From NCBI RefSeq assembly GCF_046119375.1, contig NW_027362764.1:604004001-604068000 (forward strand): DNA of 64,000 nucleotides, written 5' to 3'. Of the stretch, positions 23,480 to 35,243 are shown in pieces; position 1 is the stretch's first letter; each line of letters begins with the position of its first letter. The notes beneath the pieces are model-generated. The model made no database searches. It was given only the letters and a program-made list of their open reading frames with translations, and was not told the DNA's origin. Made by a program: the position numbers and the translations under genes. The stretch is from Phyllobates terribilis. Its lineage: Eukaryota.

Positions 23480-26400
23480 TCATTTGGTGGTGATGAGAAG
23501 TCTGGCCCAATCCAGCCCTTGTTCATTTTGATAAGGGTCAGCTTGTCAGCATTGTCAGTTGACAGGCGAGTGCGCTTATCAGTTATAATTCCCCCAGCGG
23601 CACTAAAAACACGCTCCGATAACACGCTAGCGGCAGGGCAGGCCAGGCCAGGCCAGGACCTCCAAGGCGTACAGAGCGAGTTCATTCCAAGTGTCCAGCT
23701 TGGATACCCAATAATTAAAAGGCACAGAGGAATCACGGAGGACGCTGGTACGATTGGCAAGGTACTCCCTCACCATCTTTTGAAACTTTCCACTCCTTGT
23801 GAGAGTACCCCGCGCCTCAGGGCCTGTAAGCTGGGCGGGTGTCAGAAAACTGTACCAGAACGTTGACAGTGTTCCCCTGCCTCTGCTGGATTGGAGTTGC
23901 ATCTCTCTCGCCTGTACGCCTTGGTTGGGCAACGAACTGTGACCTCTGCCGCTAGCGTGTTCAGATGGGAATTTTTTTAAGAGTTCTGCAGCAAGGGCCT
24001 TCTGGTACAGCCCCATTTTTGTAGACCTCTCCACCTCAGGAATAAGAGAGTGAAAGTTCTCCTTGTAGCGGGGGTCTACAAGTGTCACCAACCAGTAATG
24101 ACTGTCACCCAACATTTTGACAACGCGAGGGTCACGGTTAAGGCAGCGTAACATAAAGTCAGCCATGCGTGCCAGACTGGTAACGGGCAAGATTTCCGTG
24201 TCCTCACCAAGATGACGACTGACCATGCTCTCCTCCTCCTCCTCCCCCCTGTCCTCAGGCCACCCACGCTGAACCGACGGTATGACACTTGTACAGGCAC
24301 TACCGTCTACAACGCATGATAGCAGCTCCTGTTCTTCCTCCTCCTCTCCCTCATTGTCCCCCAATGCACGTTGGGATGAGATGAGGCTGGGCTGTGTGTT
24401 ATCGCCCGCTATTTCTTCTTGATCCATCTCATCATACTCTGGCTGCAATGCCTCCTCTTTAATTCTCTGGAGAGAGCGTTGCAAAAGACAGACAAGTGGG
24501 ATGCTGACACTAATGATGGCGTCATCGCCACTCACCATCTTGGTGGCCTCCTCAAAGTTGGTCAGGATGGTACATATGTCAGACATCCAGGTCCACTCCT
24601 GAGGTCTTGTGTGGAGTCTGACCTGAAAATCGACGGCCTTGTTGCAGCTGGTACTCCACAACTGCTCTCTTCTGCTCACAAATCCTTTGCAACATGTGGA
24701 GGGTAGAGTTCAAACGTGTGGGGACATCACACACCAGTCGGTGTGCCGGAAGCTGCAAACGCTGCTGCAACACAGCAAGGGCGGCGGAAGCTGTAGCCGA
24801 CTTGCGAAAATGAGCTGACAGGTGGCGTACTTTCACGAGCAGATCTGGCAACTCGGGGTACGATTTAAGAAACCGCTGAACCACGAGGTTAAGCACATGA
24901 GCCAGGCATGGTACGTGTGTGATCTCACCTCGCCTCAGAGCCGCCACCAGGTTACGGCCATTGTCACACACGACCATGCCGGGATGTAGGTTCAGCGGTC
25001 TCAGCTACAGATCTGCCTGCTCTTTCACAGCTGTCCACAACTCACAAGCAGTGTGAGGTTTATCACCTAAGCTTATGAGTTTCAGCACAGCCTGTTGCCG
25101 CTTGGCGGAGGCAGTACTGCAATGCTTCCAGCTTGTAACTGATGTGGTGATATCTGAGATGGAGGCTGAACATGAGGAGGAGGAGGAGGATGAGCAGGAG
25201 CTGTACACTGTGGGGGCAACTCTGACTGACATAGGGCCCGCAATCCTCGGTGTGGGGAGGATGTGTTCCGTCCCAAGGTCCGACTGGGTCCCGGCTTCCA
25301 CTATGTTTACCCAGTGTGCCGTCAGAGATATGTACCATCACTGGCCACAAGCACTTGTCCACGTGTCCGTTGTCAGGTGGACTCTCCCAGTAACTGCGTT
25401 GTTGAGGGCACGGCAGATGCTTTGGGACACGTGCTTGTGTAGTGCGGGGATGGCACACCGGGCAAAATAGTGTCGGCTGGGGACCGAGTACCGAGGGACG
25501 GCCACCGCCATAAGATTGCGGAAGGATTCCGTCTCCACCAGCCTAAAAGGCAGCATTTCCAATGCAAGCAGTCGTGAAATGTGCGAATTTAGGACTGTGG
25601 CCTGTGGGGCGTTAGCTGCGAATTTCCGCTTTCGTTCAAAGGTCTGGGATATGGACAATTGAACGCTGCGGTGGGACGTGGACGTTGATGCTGTTTCTTG
25701 AGAAACTGCCACAACAAGTGAAGACTGAGAGGAGGGGGCATATTTACATGCAGTATGGACAGGGGATTGCCTTGCACACACAACAGGGGGTTCTGTTGCA
25801 CGCACAACAGTGGAAGAAGCGATGGTGACACCCGCTGACACTGGTCGTGGACCTTGGGTTTCGCCCCACAAAGTCGGGTGCTTTGCTGCCATGTGCCTGA
25901 TCATGCTGGTGGTGGTCAGGCTGGTAGTTTTGTCACCCCTGCTGATGCTGGCATGGCAGGTGGAACATATGGCCTTTTTGGGGTTATCAGCAGAGTCTTT
26001 AAAAAAATTCCAGACTCTGGAAGACCTACCGCTTGTACTGGCAACGTCCCTCGTGTTGGTGTTACGGGGAACGGTTGCCTGCCTTCTGTCTGCGGCCACC
26101 ACACTGCTTCTTCCTGCCTGTTGAGGTACCACCACCTCCTCCTCTTCCACTTGCGCACCACGATCCTCCTCCTCACTTCCTGGCAATTGTGTCTCGTCAT
26201 CGTCCACCTCTTGTGACAGATTGCCAACGTCGACTTCCTGTGGCCGTGGCTATTCAAATATTTGGGAATCGCAACATGGGATCTCCTCTTCCACCACTTC
26301 AAGCGTATCAGGCGAGGGGCCCAAATATGGAAATGGACCAGTGAACAGCTCTTCAGAGTGTCCAAGTGTGGGATCACTTGCTGTCTGACGACACTCTGCA

Positions 26401-26729
26401 TGGTGGGAGGAAGGAGCATCAGGGTGAGGAGGAGTATGCGGTCGAGACTCACGGCTACTAAGAGTTGACCGTGTGGAAGACAGACCGGAGGTGGTGGTGC
26501 CCAGGTAACTGGAAGTATTATCTGCTATCCAATTAATAACCTGTTCACACTGATCAGCTCTCAATACTGGTGTTGTTCTGTGCTTCCCTAGTAATTCGGT
26601 CAAGAAGTGGGAGCGAGAAGATGTGGCTGTTGGTTGTGGCACATTTTCACCTTGGCCACGGCCCCGTCCTCTGCATTTACCATCACCAGAACGTCCACTT
26701 CCACGTCCCTTGCCACGCGCCTTGCCCAT
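23480..26729 (-). pseudogene. hAT transposase, frameshifted
   Basis: Five consecutive ORF fragments carry: RG-rich N-terminus, BED finger (VWNFF...AICSTC...HMAAKH), TTDTWTS, CDNGRN, CLAH, TRLNST (W->L), LVDPRYK and C-terminal CPAASVLSERVFS. A (GGCCA)3 slippage near 23640 breaks the frame. Confidence 0.93.
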
Positions 26730-26797
26730 TGTAAATGAAGTAAAATAGCTTACACTTGCACTATCAATGGAAAAAGGGTAATAAAGAGTAGATTAGA

Positions 26798-27620
26798 ACC
26801 GTGGAAGAGGAAAACCACAGTTATTGTTTACTGGGGTATACCACACTTTTTTAAATAGAGATATTTGCGGCTGAACAGTGAGCGACACACTCAAACTGCT
26901 TTTTTTTTTAGATACCAAAGGCCCAAAACTGGATAGTACAGCAATTTAACCCGTGGAACTGCGAAACCACACTGGGATGTGGGGCCTACACAAGACTATT
27001 TTCAGCAGATATATTTTTGTGTCACAACAGTCAGGAGACACTACTGTTTTTCTTTACGGAAAAAACTACCAAAAGCTGAATAATAGAGATTTTTTACCGT
27101 GGGATGGCAAAACCACAGTTATTGTTTACTGGGGTATACCACACTTTTTTAAATGGAGATATTTGCGGCTGAAAAGTGAGCGACACACTCAAACTGCTTT
27201 TTTTTTAGATACCAAAGGCCCAAAACTGGATAGTACAGCGATTTGACCCGTGGAACTGCGAAACCACACTGGGATGTCGGGCCTACACAAGACTATTTTC
27301 AACAGATATATTTTTGTGTCACAACAGTCAGGAGACACTACTGTTTTTCTTTACGGAAAAAACTACCAAAAGCTGAATAATAGAGATTTTTTACCGTGGG
27401 GTGGCAAAACCACAGTTATTGTTTACTGGGGTATACCACACTTTTTTAAATAGAGATATTTGCGGCTGAACAGTGAGCGACACACTCAAACTGTTTTTTT
27501 TTTAGATACAAATGGCCCAAAATGGATAATACAGAGGTTTGAACCGTGGAAGTGCAAAACAACACTTCTGTTTCTTTAGCCTACACCAGACTATTTTCAA
27601 CAGTTATATTTGTGTCTGAA
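26798..27620. repeat. ~297-bp tandem repeat, ~2.7 copies, upstream of the transposase ATG
   Basis: aaaaccacagttattgtttactgggg occurs at 26811, 27109 and 27406. Confidence 0.95.
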
Positions 27621-28013
27621 AAATCAGAGACACGCTTTTTTTTTTTTGGGGGGGGGGGGGGGGGACACCAAAAGGTTAATAAGACGGGTATTTGTACAGT
27701 GTGAAGGAGGAAAAAAAAAGGAGGATTTAGATGGAAAAAAAAGGATTTTTCCTGGCCCCCGACACCTGGTGCTAAGTCCAGCAATTTCAGCAACAGGAGC
27801 ACACAGGACTGTAATGCAGCGTTTGCTGGTATAACCACTGTGTCTCCTATAGTGCCTGCCTGCCTGGTATCTGGGATGGATATTAGTCCTGAGAAGGACT
27901 GTTTGTTTGTTCTGGCAGCCTTTACAGACCTTACACTAACTATTTCGCAGTTTATATCTCTCCCTAAATCAGCAGAGCTGTCCCTACACTGTCTAATCCG
28001 GAGCGACTGTGTC

Positions 28014-28141
28014 CAAGATGGCGGCGCCCCGTTTTAAATACTCGAGGTGACGCTGTGCGGCCAGCCAATCACTGTAATGCCCACAACCAACATGGCTGCA
28101 GCATTACAGTGACTGTCTGGCAATCCCTGCATGTTCATTGG
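28014..28141 (-). promoter_or_regulatory. Putative hAT transposase promoter
   Basis: In minus-strand order: CCAAT (28137-28141), inverted CCAAT (28065-28069), TATTTAAA (28033-28040), then a YY1-type GCCGCCATCTTG (28014-28025). Confidence 0.45.
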
Positions 28142-29224
28142 CTCTGTAAAGAGCGCCAAACATGCAGGGCGGAGACCCGAGCTCCCGCCCGAGTAACCCG
28201 GAAATGCTCGGTGCTCGCCGAACATCCTGAGTAGCGTGATGCTCGGGCGAGTACCGACCAGTGTCGAGCATGTTCACTCAACACTACTAAGGACTGCCTA
28301 GTTGAACAATAACAAAAAAAAAAGCTTTACTCGCCTGGCGTTGCACCAGTCCTTTTTGACAGCTTCCTCTAAGAACGCTACAATTACATCGCATGTGAAT
28401 GCTGCAGCCAATCACTGGGCTCAATAATGATGCCAAGGTATTTGACATGAGACCGCTGGGCAGTGATTGGCGGCAGCAGTCACAAAAGCTGTAGTCGTTA
28501 TTTCCTTATTGCAGCCTGTCAGTAAAGACTGAGGGCAGCTTCGGTGAGCCGACCCTGGAGCTGAGGTGGGTAAGTAGAGCTATTTTTGTTATATTGACCC
28601 TGAGCCTTTTCAGTAAATAAATAATTGATGGATTAAAGAATAGTGATAAAACCGACCTGGCGCCAGGTGATTAAAAACTTCTTTATTAAAATCTCTGTAC
28701 ACAACTCAAGCCCCTTTTTCAAGTGGCATAGATAATGTCTCTATATGCATAATACCTACGCAACGGGTGAATAACTCACATGTTATCCCATTCATGGGGA
28801 AAGAGGGGATTTTACCACATCATAATGTATATAAGCCTATAAGAACAATGGTGCACCCCAAAAATGCAACTCAGTGCTAGAGAATGAATTAAAAAATATA
28901 TATTTTATTTAAGTATATTTAAAAACCAAAATCACTACAAAAATATAAAAGCGAGATCAATGGGTATGAGGTGAGATATACATGAAAGAAAGATCACAGG
29001 GGGGCATAGAGGCTCTATAGGCAATGCATAAGGGTCCTTTGTGCTAATAGATGCCAAAAAGGCAGTATTCATAGTTTAAGCCACAAACATGCATAGACTC
29101 ATGGGACAGTGCCAGTGCCATGCGCACAATTGAAATAACGACCTAATGAACAATATACATATGTATGTGCGCTCGCCGCTTAACATGAGTCAGGCTTACC
29201 CATATGTATCCCGCTGTGATCGTG

Positions 29225-29263
29225 CCCCGATGTGCGTTTCGCGTGGTGGGCTTCCTCGGGGGG
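29225..29263 (-). ncRNA. Minimal type I hammerhead ribozyme-like motif (degenerate)
   Basis: Minus strand reads CCCC-CCGAGGA-AGCCCACCACGC-GAAAC-GCAC-AUC-GGGG: stem I CCCC/GGGG, core CUGANGA with U4->C, GAAA, and an NUH triplet AUC. Confidence 0.65.
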
Positions 29264-29999
29264 CGGTGTGGTGTGTATGATATCTCTTGTCCATTTATAT
29301 CCCCATCCTCAATCAAGATGCTTGTGACAGCCGTTGGTAACGGCACACGTGCAGCGAAGTCCCGGCATCCACATATCACTTCCGGCCATCGCGATAACGG
29401 TGCGGGTCAGTAAAGTGTTTCCTGTGACTTCATTTCCCGCGTCGCATCATATGGATGCCTTCGTTGGTGGTGGTACTGCAGGGACCCACTGCGCGTGCGC
29501 ACATCCAGGTGGCCATTTTCCTTTTGGGCAAAAGTGAAGGGCAAAACTCACCACTATCTCGTCTTAAACCATTATCTTATTAGTGGGTTGTGGAGAGTAT
29601 TGGGACCAGGGAACCAAGAGAGGAGCATAGAGAAACGACAGACGGGACAGTCACAATCCGTATGGGAACAAGTAAATCTCATTGAAGGGGACATCACTCA
29701 AATACAATATGCGTCGGCATATGTGGTCCCAAGGAAGATATCCTATATTTCTTCTGTGTTCCCAAATCTAGGACTGTGTTTATCTCCATATACGCTCCAT
29801 TTCTCACAGGATCCCATAATGGCTTATAGGGTTGAGGGTCACGTCCATCAATAAGTAGGGAGTATAAATAGAAACATCAAAGATAATCTTGTGTCCAACT
29901 ATGGAATGTGAAAAAAATATAATAAAAGTCAGTTAAAAGAACAACATTCAAATTTAAAACCAATTGGAGAGAGTCAAAAACCCAGATTAGCTAGATAAT

Positions 30000-30594
30000 C
30001 TATTATAGAAAAGGTGAAAATGATAGTTTTTCATTTAACCCAGAGGGGGACATGGTGTCCAGAGCGAAAATCCAACGGCATTCCCTTTGAGCTAAGATTT
30101 TTCTTTCTGTCACCTCCCCTGATACCACATAATATTCTGTCGATTCCAATAAATTTAATTTCATCAGTATTGCACTTATGGTGTAACCTAAAGTGTCTTG
30201 GGATGGTTTTTAATACAGAGACATCCTCAGCCGTGCTCGCGGCTTTGATGTCTCTGATATGCTCCCTCACTCTTATGCCCAGCTCTCGGGATGTGAGTCC
30301 CACATAATGGAGGTTACAAGTACAAGTAGCACGATAAATAACGTAACTCGTACTACGGGAGATGTAATGAGTGATCCGGTAGTCCCTTCCCCCCTCAGAG
30401 GATGAAAAACTAGTAGCTCTAGTGATGTTTCTGCATGCCAGGCAAGATCCGCATGGAAAACAGCCCCATCTCTGTACACCAGCACCGAACGGGTTCGGAG
30501 GATTTGCCACATAGTGGCTCCTTACCAAGATGTCTCTCAAATTCCGACTTTTTCTTGCAGTAAGTAATGGATGGTCAGGAAGGATTCTCCTCAA
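30000..30594 (-). pseudogene. GIY-YIG endonuclease of a Penelope-like element (RT missing)
   Basis: ARKSRNLRDILVRS, a CFPCGSCLAC zinc motif, YVIYRATCTCNLHYVGLTSRELGIRVREH, and FIGID. Frameshift just before the final RWIFALDT-type motif. Confidence 0.88.
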
Positions 30595-31504
30595 GTAGGT
30601 TCTGTAGTGAGAATCGGATTAAAGAATAGTGATAAAACAAACCTGGCGCCAGGTGATTAAAAACTTCTTTATTAAAATCTCTGTACACAACTCAAGCCCC
30701 TTTTTCAAGTGGCATAGATAATGTCTCTTCCACTTTGGTCCTGGAGCCCAAAACGTGTGTACTGAGATTTTTATAAAGAAGTGTTTAATGACCTTGCGCC
30801 TGGACTGTTTTGGAGTTTAGTTGGGAATTGCCCAACGAACGCTTGGAAACATTGTTACCACTTGGCTTTGCAAGACAGAGGCTGCATCGTGTTTTAACTA
30901 CTAGTGGAGTTGTGCTCACCTGGCACAACCTCTCAAGGTGAGACTCTTAATTTATGTGGATCTTTTTGTTCCCAGTACTTACTCACCCTATGTCCGCTCC
31001 TTTTATTTATTCTGTTTTTATCCTAAATTCTGTATTATGCCTTTTTGCACAGAGGTTCACAGACAAACCTGTATTTAGGTCCGTATTTTAGTACATAGCA
31101 AGCACTGCTTCTATGGGGGAATACTCACTATCATATAGAACATTTCACAGCATGTCACATTTATTTCTTAAGAAATAAAGTGAGAAAGGTCCTGTGTGTA
31201 AAAATGTGCTGCACTTGGAGGTTCAGCTGGGTTCGGTAGGATACAAGGGGCATCAGTTTCTGGATCCGGATAACACAAAACTAGAATCTGCTCTTGTGCA
31301 TGTGGCCTAAAATATACTGAGGTATCTGAAGCGACCTCTACAGTGGAGATGGTGTAAGATGCTCCGTGATCTGGTAAGATGCGGAACCAATGACATGATA
31401 AAATTGTAATATGTGACTCCACCCTAGGTCATATTGAAGCCCGTGTTCATCATTGCACCACAGGTTGTAACTATCTAATGTGATCCATTTATTTTCCTAC
31501 CCAG

Positions 31505-31585
31505 GGGCTCAAGATCTGGATCGTATTCGCTTGTCTACATATAGAACGGCATGTAAAATTCGATTTGTACAGAAGAAATGCAATT
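31505..31585 (+). CDS. dtna: Alpha-dystrobrevin, second coding exon (81 nt)
   Basis: Pyrimidine tract and cccag| acceptor, donor T|GTGAGT at 31586. Encodes (R)[26 protein letters not shown](L). Phase 1-1, continuing the previous exon in frame. Confidence 0.96.
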
Positions 31586-32745
31586 GTGAGTAAGCAAATC
31601 TATTAAATAGTGCAGAAGTCATGATAAATGTTATGTGTCACTATGTAGTAATACAACCATAAAAAGTAACCCCTGGCACTGCTACCGACACCTGAAATAA
31701 ATAGCCGGTGCTGATTATATAACCATGAAGGTGCTCAGCACATCACAAAATAGCCCATAGTCATCATGTCAAGAAGAAATGAATGTGCGGCCCTCACCGC
31801 TTGAATAATGGTTCCTTCTTTATAAGCAATCCACAAATGCAGGATATTAAAGCATGATCTCTGCCTGCGGTCATTGCGTTTTGGCGACTTTTTGTACTGA
31901 AATTGCTTACCTGCGTCTGGTCAAGTAAAGGGAAAATTATAGCCAGGTGCTGAAGTGGTTAAAACAGAAGCAATCTAACCACAGATGATGGCGCTCTATG
32001 GTTTCTGTATGTAATTCTCAGTTACTGTGTAACTTGATGCATTTATAGCACTGTATTCGCCATTTAATATTACATCCTGGTCTATTCCGGGTTTACGCTT
32101 TTAATTCTTGGCACCTCTACATATTTGATATTCACTCCGCATTTACATTAAATATCCATTCTCTGCTTTCTGCGCTCGGCACATATCACCATTGTTCAAT
32201 TAGCATGAAACTAACACCTCAAGATATTTATTAAAGGGAACTAATCCTGCTAGAAATATGCTACCTGAACTCGCACCGTAGTTCCTGCAGTCCTAGGATG
32301 AAAAACATATTTAATTTGCAGATTAGGTAAGCAAACACAATGTAACCTCAAAGCGAAGGAAAGCCAGGAGAGAGGGGCTTCCACTGTCAGCTCCGAAAAG
32401 AACACCCACAAAATATACTCCAAATTATATACTGTGTTGTGTTTTGTGAGTTCTGTGCGGCTCTCGGAGCTATAGAAACAAAGGGTCAGTCTTATACGTG
32501 TAAGCCTGGATAGTCCGGGAATAAAACACTAAAGGATTATTCTCATGTTCTTTAATGCCCAAAATTATAAAGGGCTTGTAAAAACATGCAATTTTGCAAT
32601 CTGTTATTAAAAATCATCTCCATTCTCAAGGACTGCAAGATTTTTAATGTTTACTGCTTGTTGCCTAGGTTACTAGCCACCACTGCAGTGTAGCAGTGGT
32701 GGCCGAAGTTACACAGGTCTTACAAGCATTTTTCAACAGCTTGTA

Positions 32746-34307
32746 CAGTCATGGCCAAAAGTTTTGAGAATGACACCAAAATAATATTTTCACATGATCT
32801 GCTGGCCTCTGGTTTTTATTAGTGTTTGTCTGATGTTTATTTCACATACAGAAATATAATTGCAATCATATTATGAGCACCAATAGGTTATATTGACAGT
32901 TAGAATGAGTTAATGCAGCAAGTCAATATTTGCAGTGTTGCCCCTTCTTCTTCAAGACCTCTGTAATTCTCCCTGGCATGCTCTCAATCAACTTTTGGAC
33001 CAAATCCTGACTGATAGCAGTCCATTCTTGCATAATCAATGCTTGCATTTTGCCAGAATTTGTTGATTTTTGTTTGTCCACCCGTCTCTTGATGATTGAC
33101 CACAAGTTCTCAATGGGATTAAGATCTGGGGAGTTTCCAGGCCATGGACCCAAAATCTCTGTTTTGTTCCATGAGCCATTTAGTTATCACCTTTGCTTTA
33201 TGGCAAGGTGCTCCATCATGCTGGAAAAGGCATTGTTGGGCGCCAAACTGCTCTTGGACGGTTGGGAGAAGTTGCTCTTGGAGGACATTCTGGTACCATT
33301 CTTTATTCATGGCTGTGTTTTTAGGCAAGACTGTGAGTGAGCCGATTCCCTTGGCTGAGAAGCAACCCCACACATGAATGGTTTCAGGATGCTTTACAGT
33401 TGGCATGAGACAAGACTGGTGGTAGCGCTCACCTCTTCTTCTCCGAATAAGCTGTTTTCCAGATGTCCCAAACAATCGAAAAGGGGATTCATCAGAGAAA
33501 ATGACTTTGCCCCAGTCCTCAGCAGTCCACTCCCTGTACCTTTTGCAGAATATCAGTCGGTCCCTGATGCTTTTTCTGGAGAGAAGTGGCTTCTTTGCTG
33601 CCCTCCTTGAAACCAGCCCTTGCTCAAAGAGTCTCCGCCTCACAGTGCGTGCAGAAGCACTCACACCAGCCTGCTGCCATTCCTGAGCAAGCTCGGCACT
33701 GCTGGTAGTCCGATCCCGCAGCTGAAACAGTTTTAAGATACGGTCCTGGCGCTTGCTGGTCTTTCTTGGGCACCCTGGAGCCTTTTTGACAACAATGGAA
33801 GCTCTCTCCTTGAAGTTCTTGATGATGCGATAGATTGTTGACTGAGGTGCAATCTTTGTAGCTGCGATACTCTTCCCTGTTAGGCCATTTTTGTGCAGTG
33901 CAATGATGGCTGCACGTGTTTCTTTAGAGATAACCATGGTTAACTGAAGAGAAACAATGATACCAAGAACTAGCCTCCTTTTAAAGTGTCCAGTGATGTC
34001 ATTCTTACTTAATCATGACTGATCGCCAGCCCTGTCCTCATCAACACCCACACCTGTGTTAATGGATCAATCACTAAAACGATGTTAGCTGCTCCTTTTA
34101 AGGCGGGACTGCAATGATGTTGAAATGTGTTTTGGGGGTTAAAGTTCATTTTCTGGGCAAATATTGACTTTGCAAGTACAGTAATTGCTGTTAAGCTGAT
34201 CACTCTGACATTCAGGAGTATATGCAAATTGCCATTACAAAAAATTAAGCAGTAAACTTTGGAAAAATTACTGTTTGTCTCATTCTCAATACTTTTGGCC
34301 ATGACTG
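32746..34307 (-). mobile_element. Tc1-like transposon (DD35E type), full length, one frameshift
   Basis: TA|CAGTCATGGCCAAAAG ... CTTTTGGCCATGACTG|TA. 272-aa ORF (33119-33937) with FSDES and FQHDGAPCH, continuing as WPGNSPDLNPIENLW in the next frame. Confidence 0.94.
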
Positions 34308-34309
34308 TA

Positions 34310-35243
34310 AACAGAAAAAACAAGGTTACAATGGGCTAAGGAAACGCAATCATGGACTGTGGATGACTGGATGAAAGTCATATTCAGTGATGAATCGCGA
34401 ATCTGCATTGGGCAAGGTGATGATGCTGGAACTTTTGTTTGGTGCGGTTCCAATGAGATTTATAAAGATGACTGCATGAAGAAACCATGCAAATTTCCAC
34501 AGTCATTGATGATATGGGGCTGAATGTCAGGTAAAGGCACTGGGGAGATGGCTGTCATTACATCTTCAATAAATGAGCAAGTTTACATTGGTATTTTGGC
34601 AGTTTTCTTATCCCATCAATTGAAAGGATGTTTGGGGATGATGACCTAATTTTTCAAGATGATAATGCATCCTGCCATAAAGCAAAAACTGTGAAAACAT
34701 TCCTTGAAAGAAAACACATAAGGTCAATGTCATGGCCTGCAAATAGTCCGGATCTCAATCCAATTGAAAATATTGGTGGAAGTTGAAGAAAATGGTCCAT
34801 GACAAGGCTCCAACCTGCAAAGCTGATCTGGCAACAGCAATCAGAGAAAGTTGGAGCCAGATTGATGAAGAGTACTGTTTGTCACTCATTAAGTCCATGC
34901 CTCAGAGACTGCAAGCTGTTATTAAAGCCAGAGGTGGTGCAACAAAATACTAGTGATGTATTGGAGTGTTCTTTTCTGTGTTTTTTTTTCATGATTCCAT
35001 AATTTTTTCCCCAGAATTGAGTGATTCCATAATTTTTTCCCTCTGCTTGGTCTGAAAATTACCCTTACTGAGTACCACATTTTTTTCTTGATTTCTTTTA
35101 GTGTTTCTTAAAGCCATAAATTTTGCCATTTGAAATGACTTTAGTTTTGTGCCATGTCTGTGATCTGCTTTTTTTCAACAACATTAAACAACTGAATGAA
35201 CATCCTCTGAGCCCGGTGATTCCATAATTTTTGCTAGGGGTTG
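34310..35243 (+). mobile_element. 3' half of a different Tc1-like element (DD34E)
   Basis: WMKVIFSDES and FQDDNASCH...WPANSPDLNPIE. Right end TTCCATAATTTTTGCTAGGGGTTG|TA. The 5' half is absent. Confidence 0.85.

Larger units (their letters stand above)
19363..28286 (-). mobile_element. Full-length hAT (Ac/ZBED-like) DNA transposon, 8.9 kb
   Basis: Perfect 8-bp TSD CTAAGGAC (19355-19362, 28287-28294). TIRs TAGTGTTGAGYGA and subterminal GCTCGG/CCGAGC clusters. Inserted in the left arm of a T2-like MITE (arms ~19330 and ~28630). Confidence 0.96.
28630..30942 (-). mobile_element. Penelope-like element (PLE), 5'-truncated, with direct and inverted terminal segments
   Basis: GIY-YIG ORF present. 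113-bp direct repeats at 28630-28742 and 30616-30728, plus a diverged inverted copy and tail at 30730-30942. Confidence 0.85.

Noticed and set aside
27647-27664. Long G runs (also ~186 and ~3977) as G-quadruplex elements
   Set aside because: Simple homopolymers of uncertain assembled length, with no supporting context.
31168-31422. Protein-looking 84-aa minus-strand ORF near coding exon 2, as a possible nested gene
   Set aside because: No recognisable family and no convincing donor, although an acceptor-like cttaccag is present.
31556-31560. KIRF instead of KLRF in the conserved YRTACKLRF motif
   Set aside because: Conservative L->I change, probably ordinary lineage variation.
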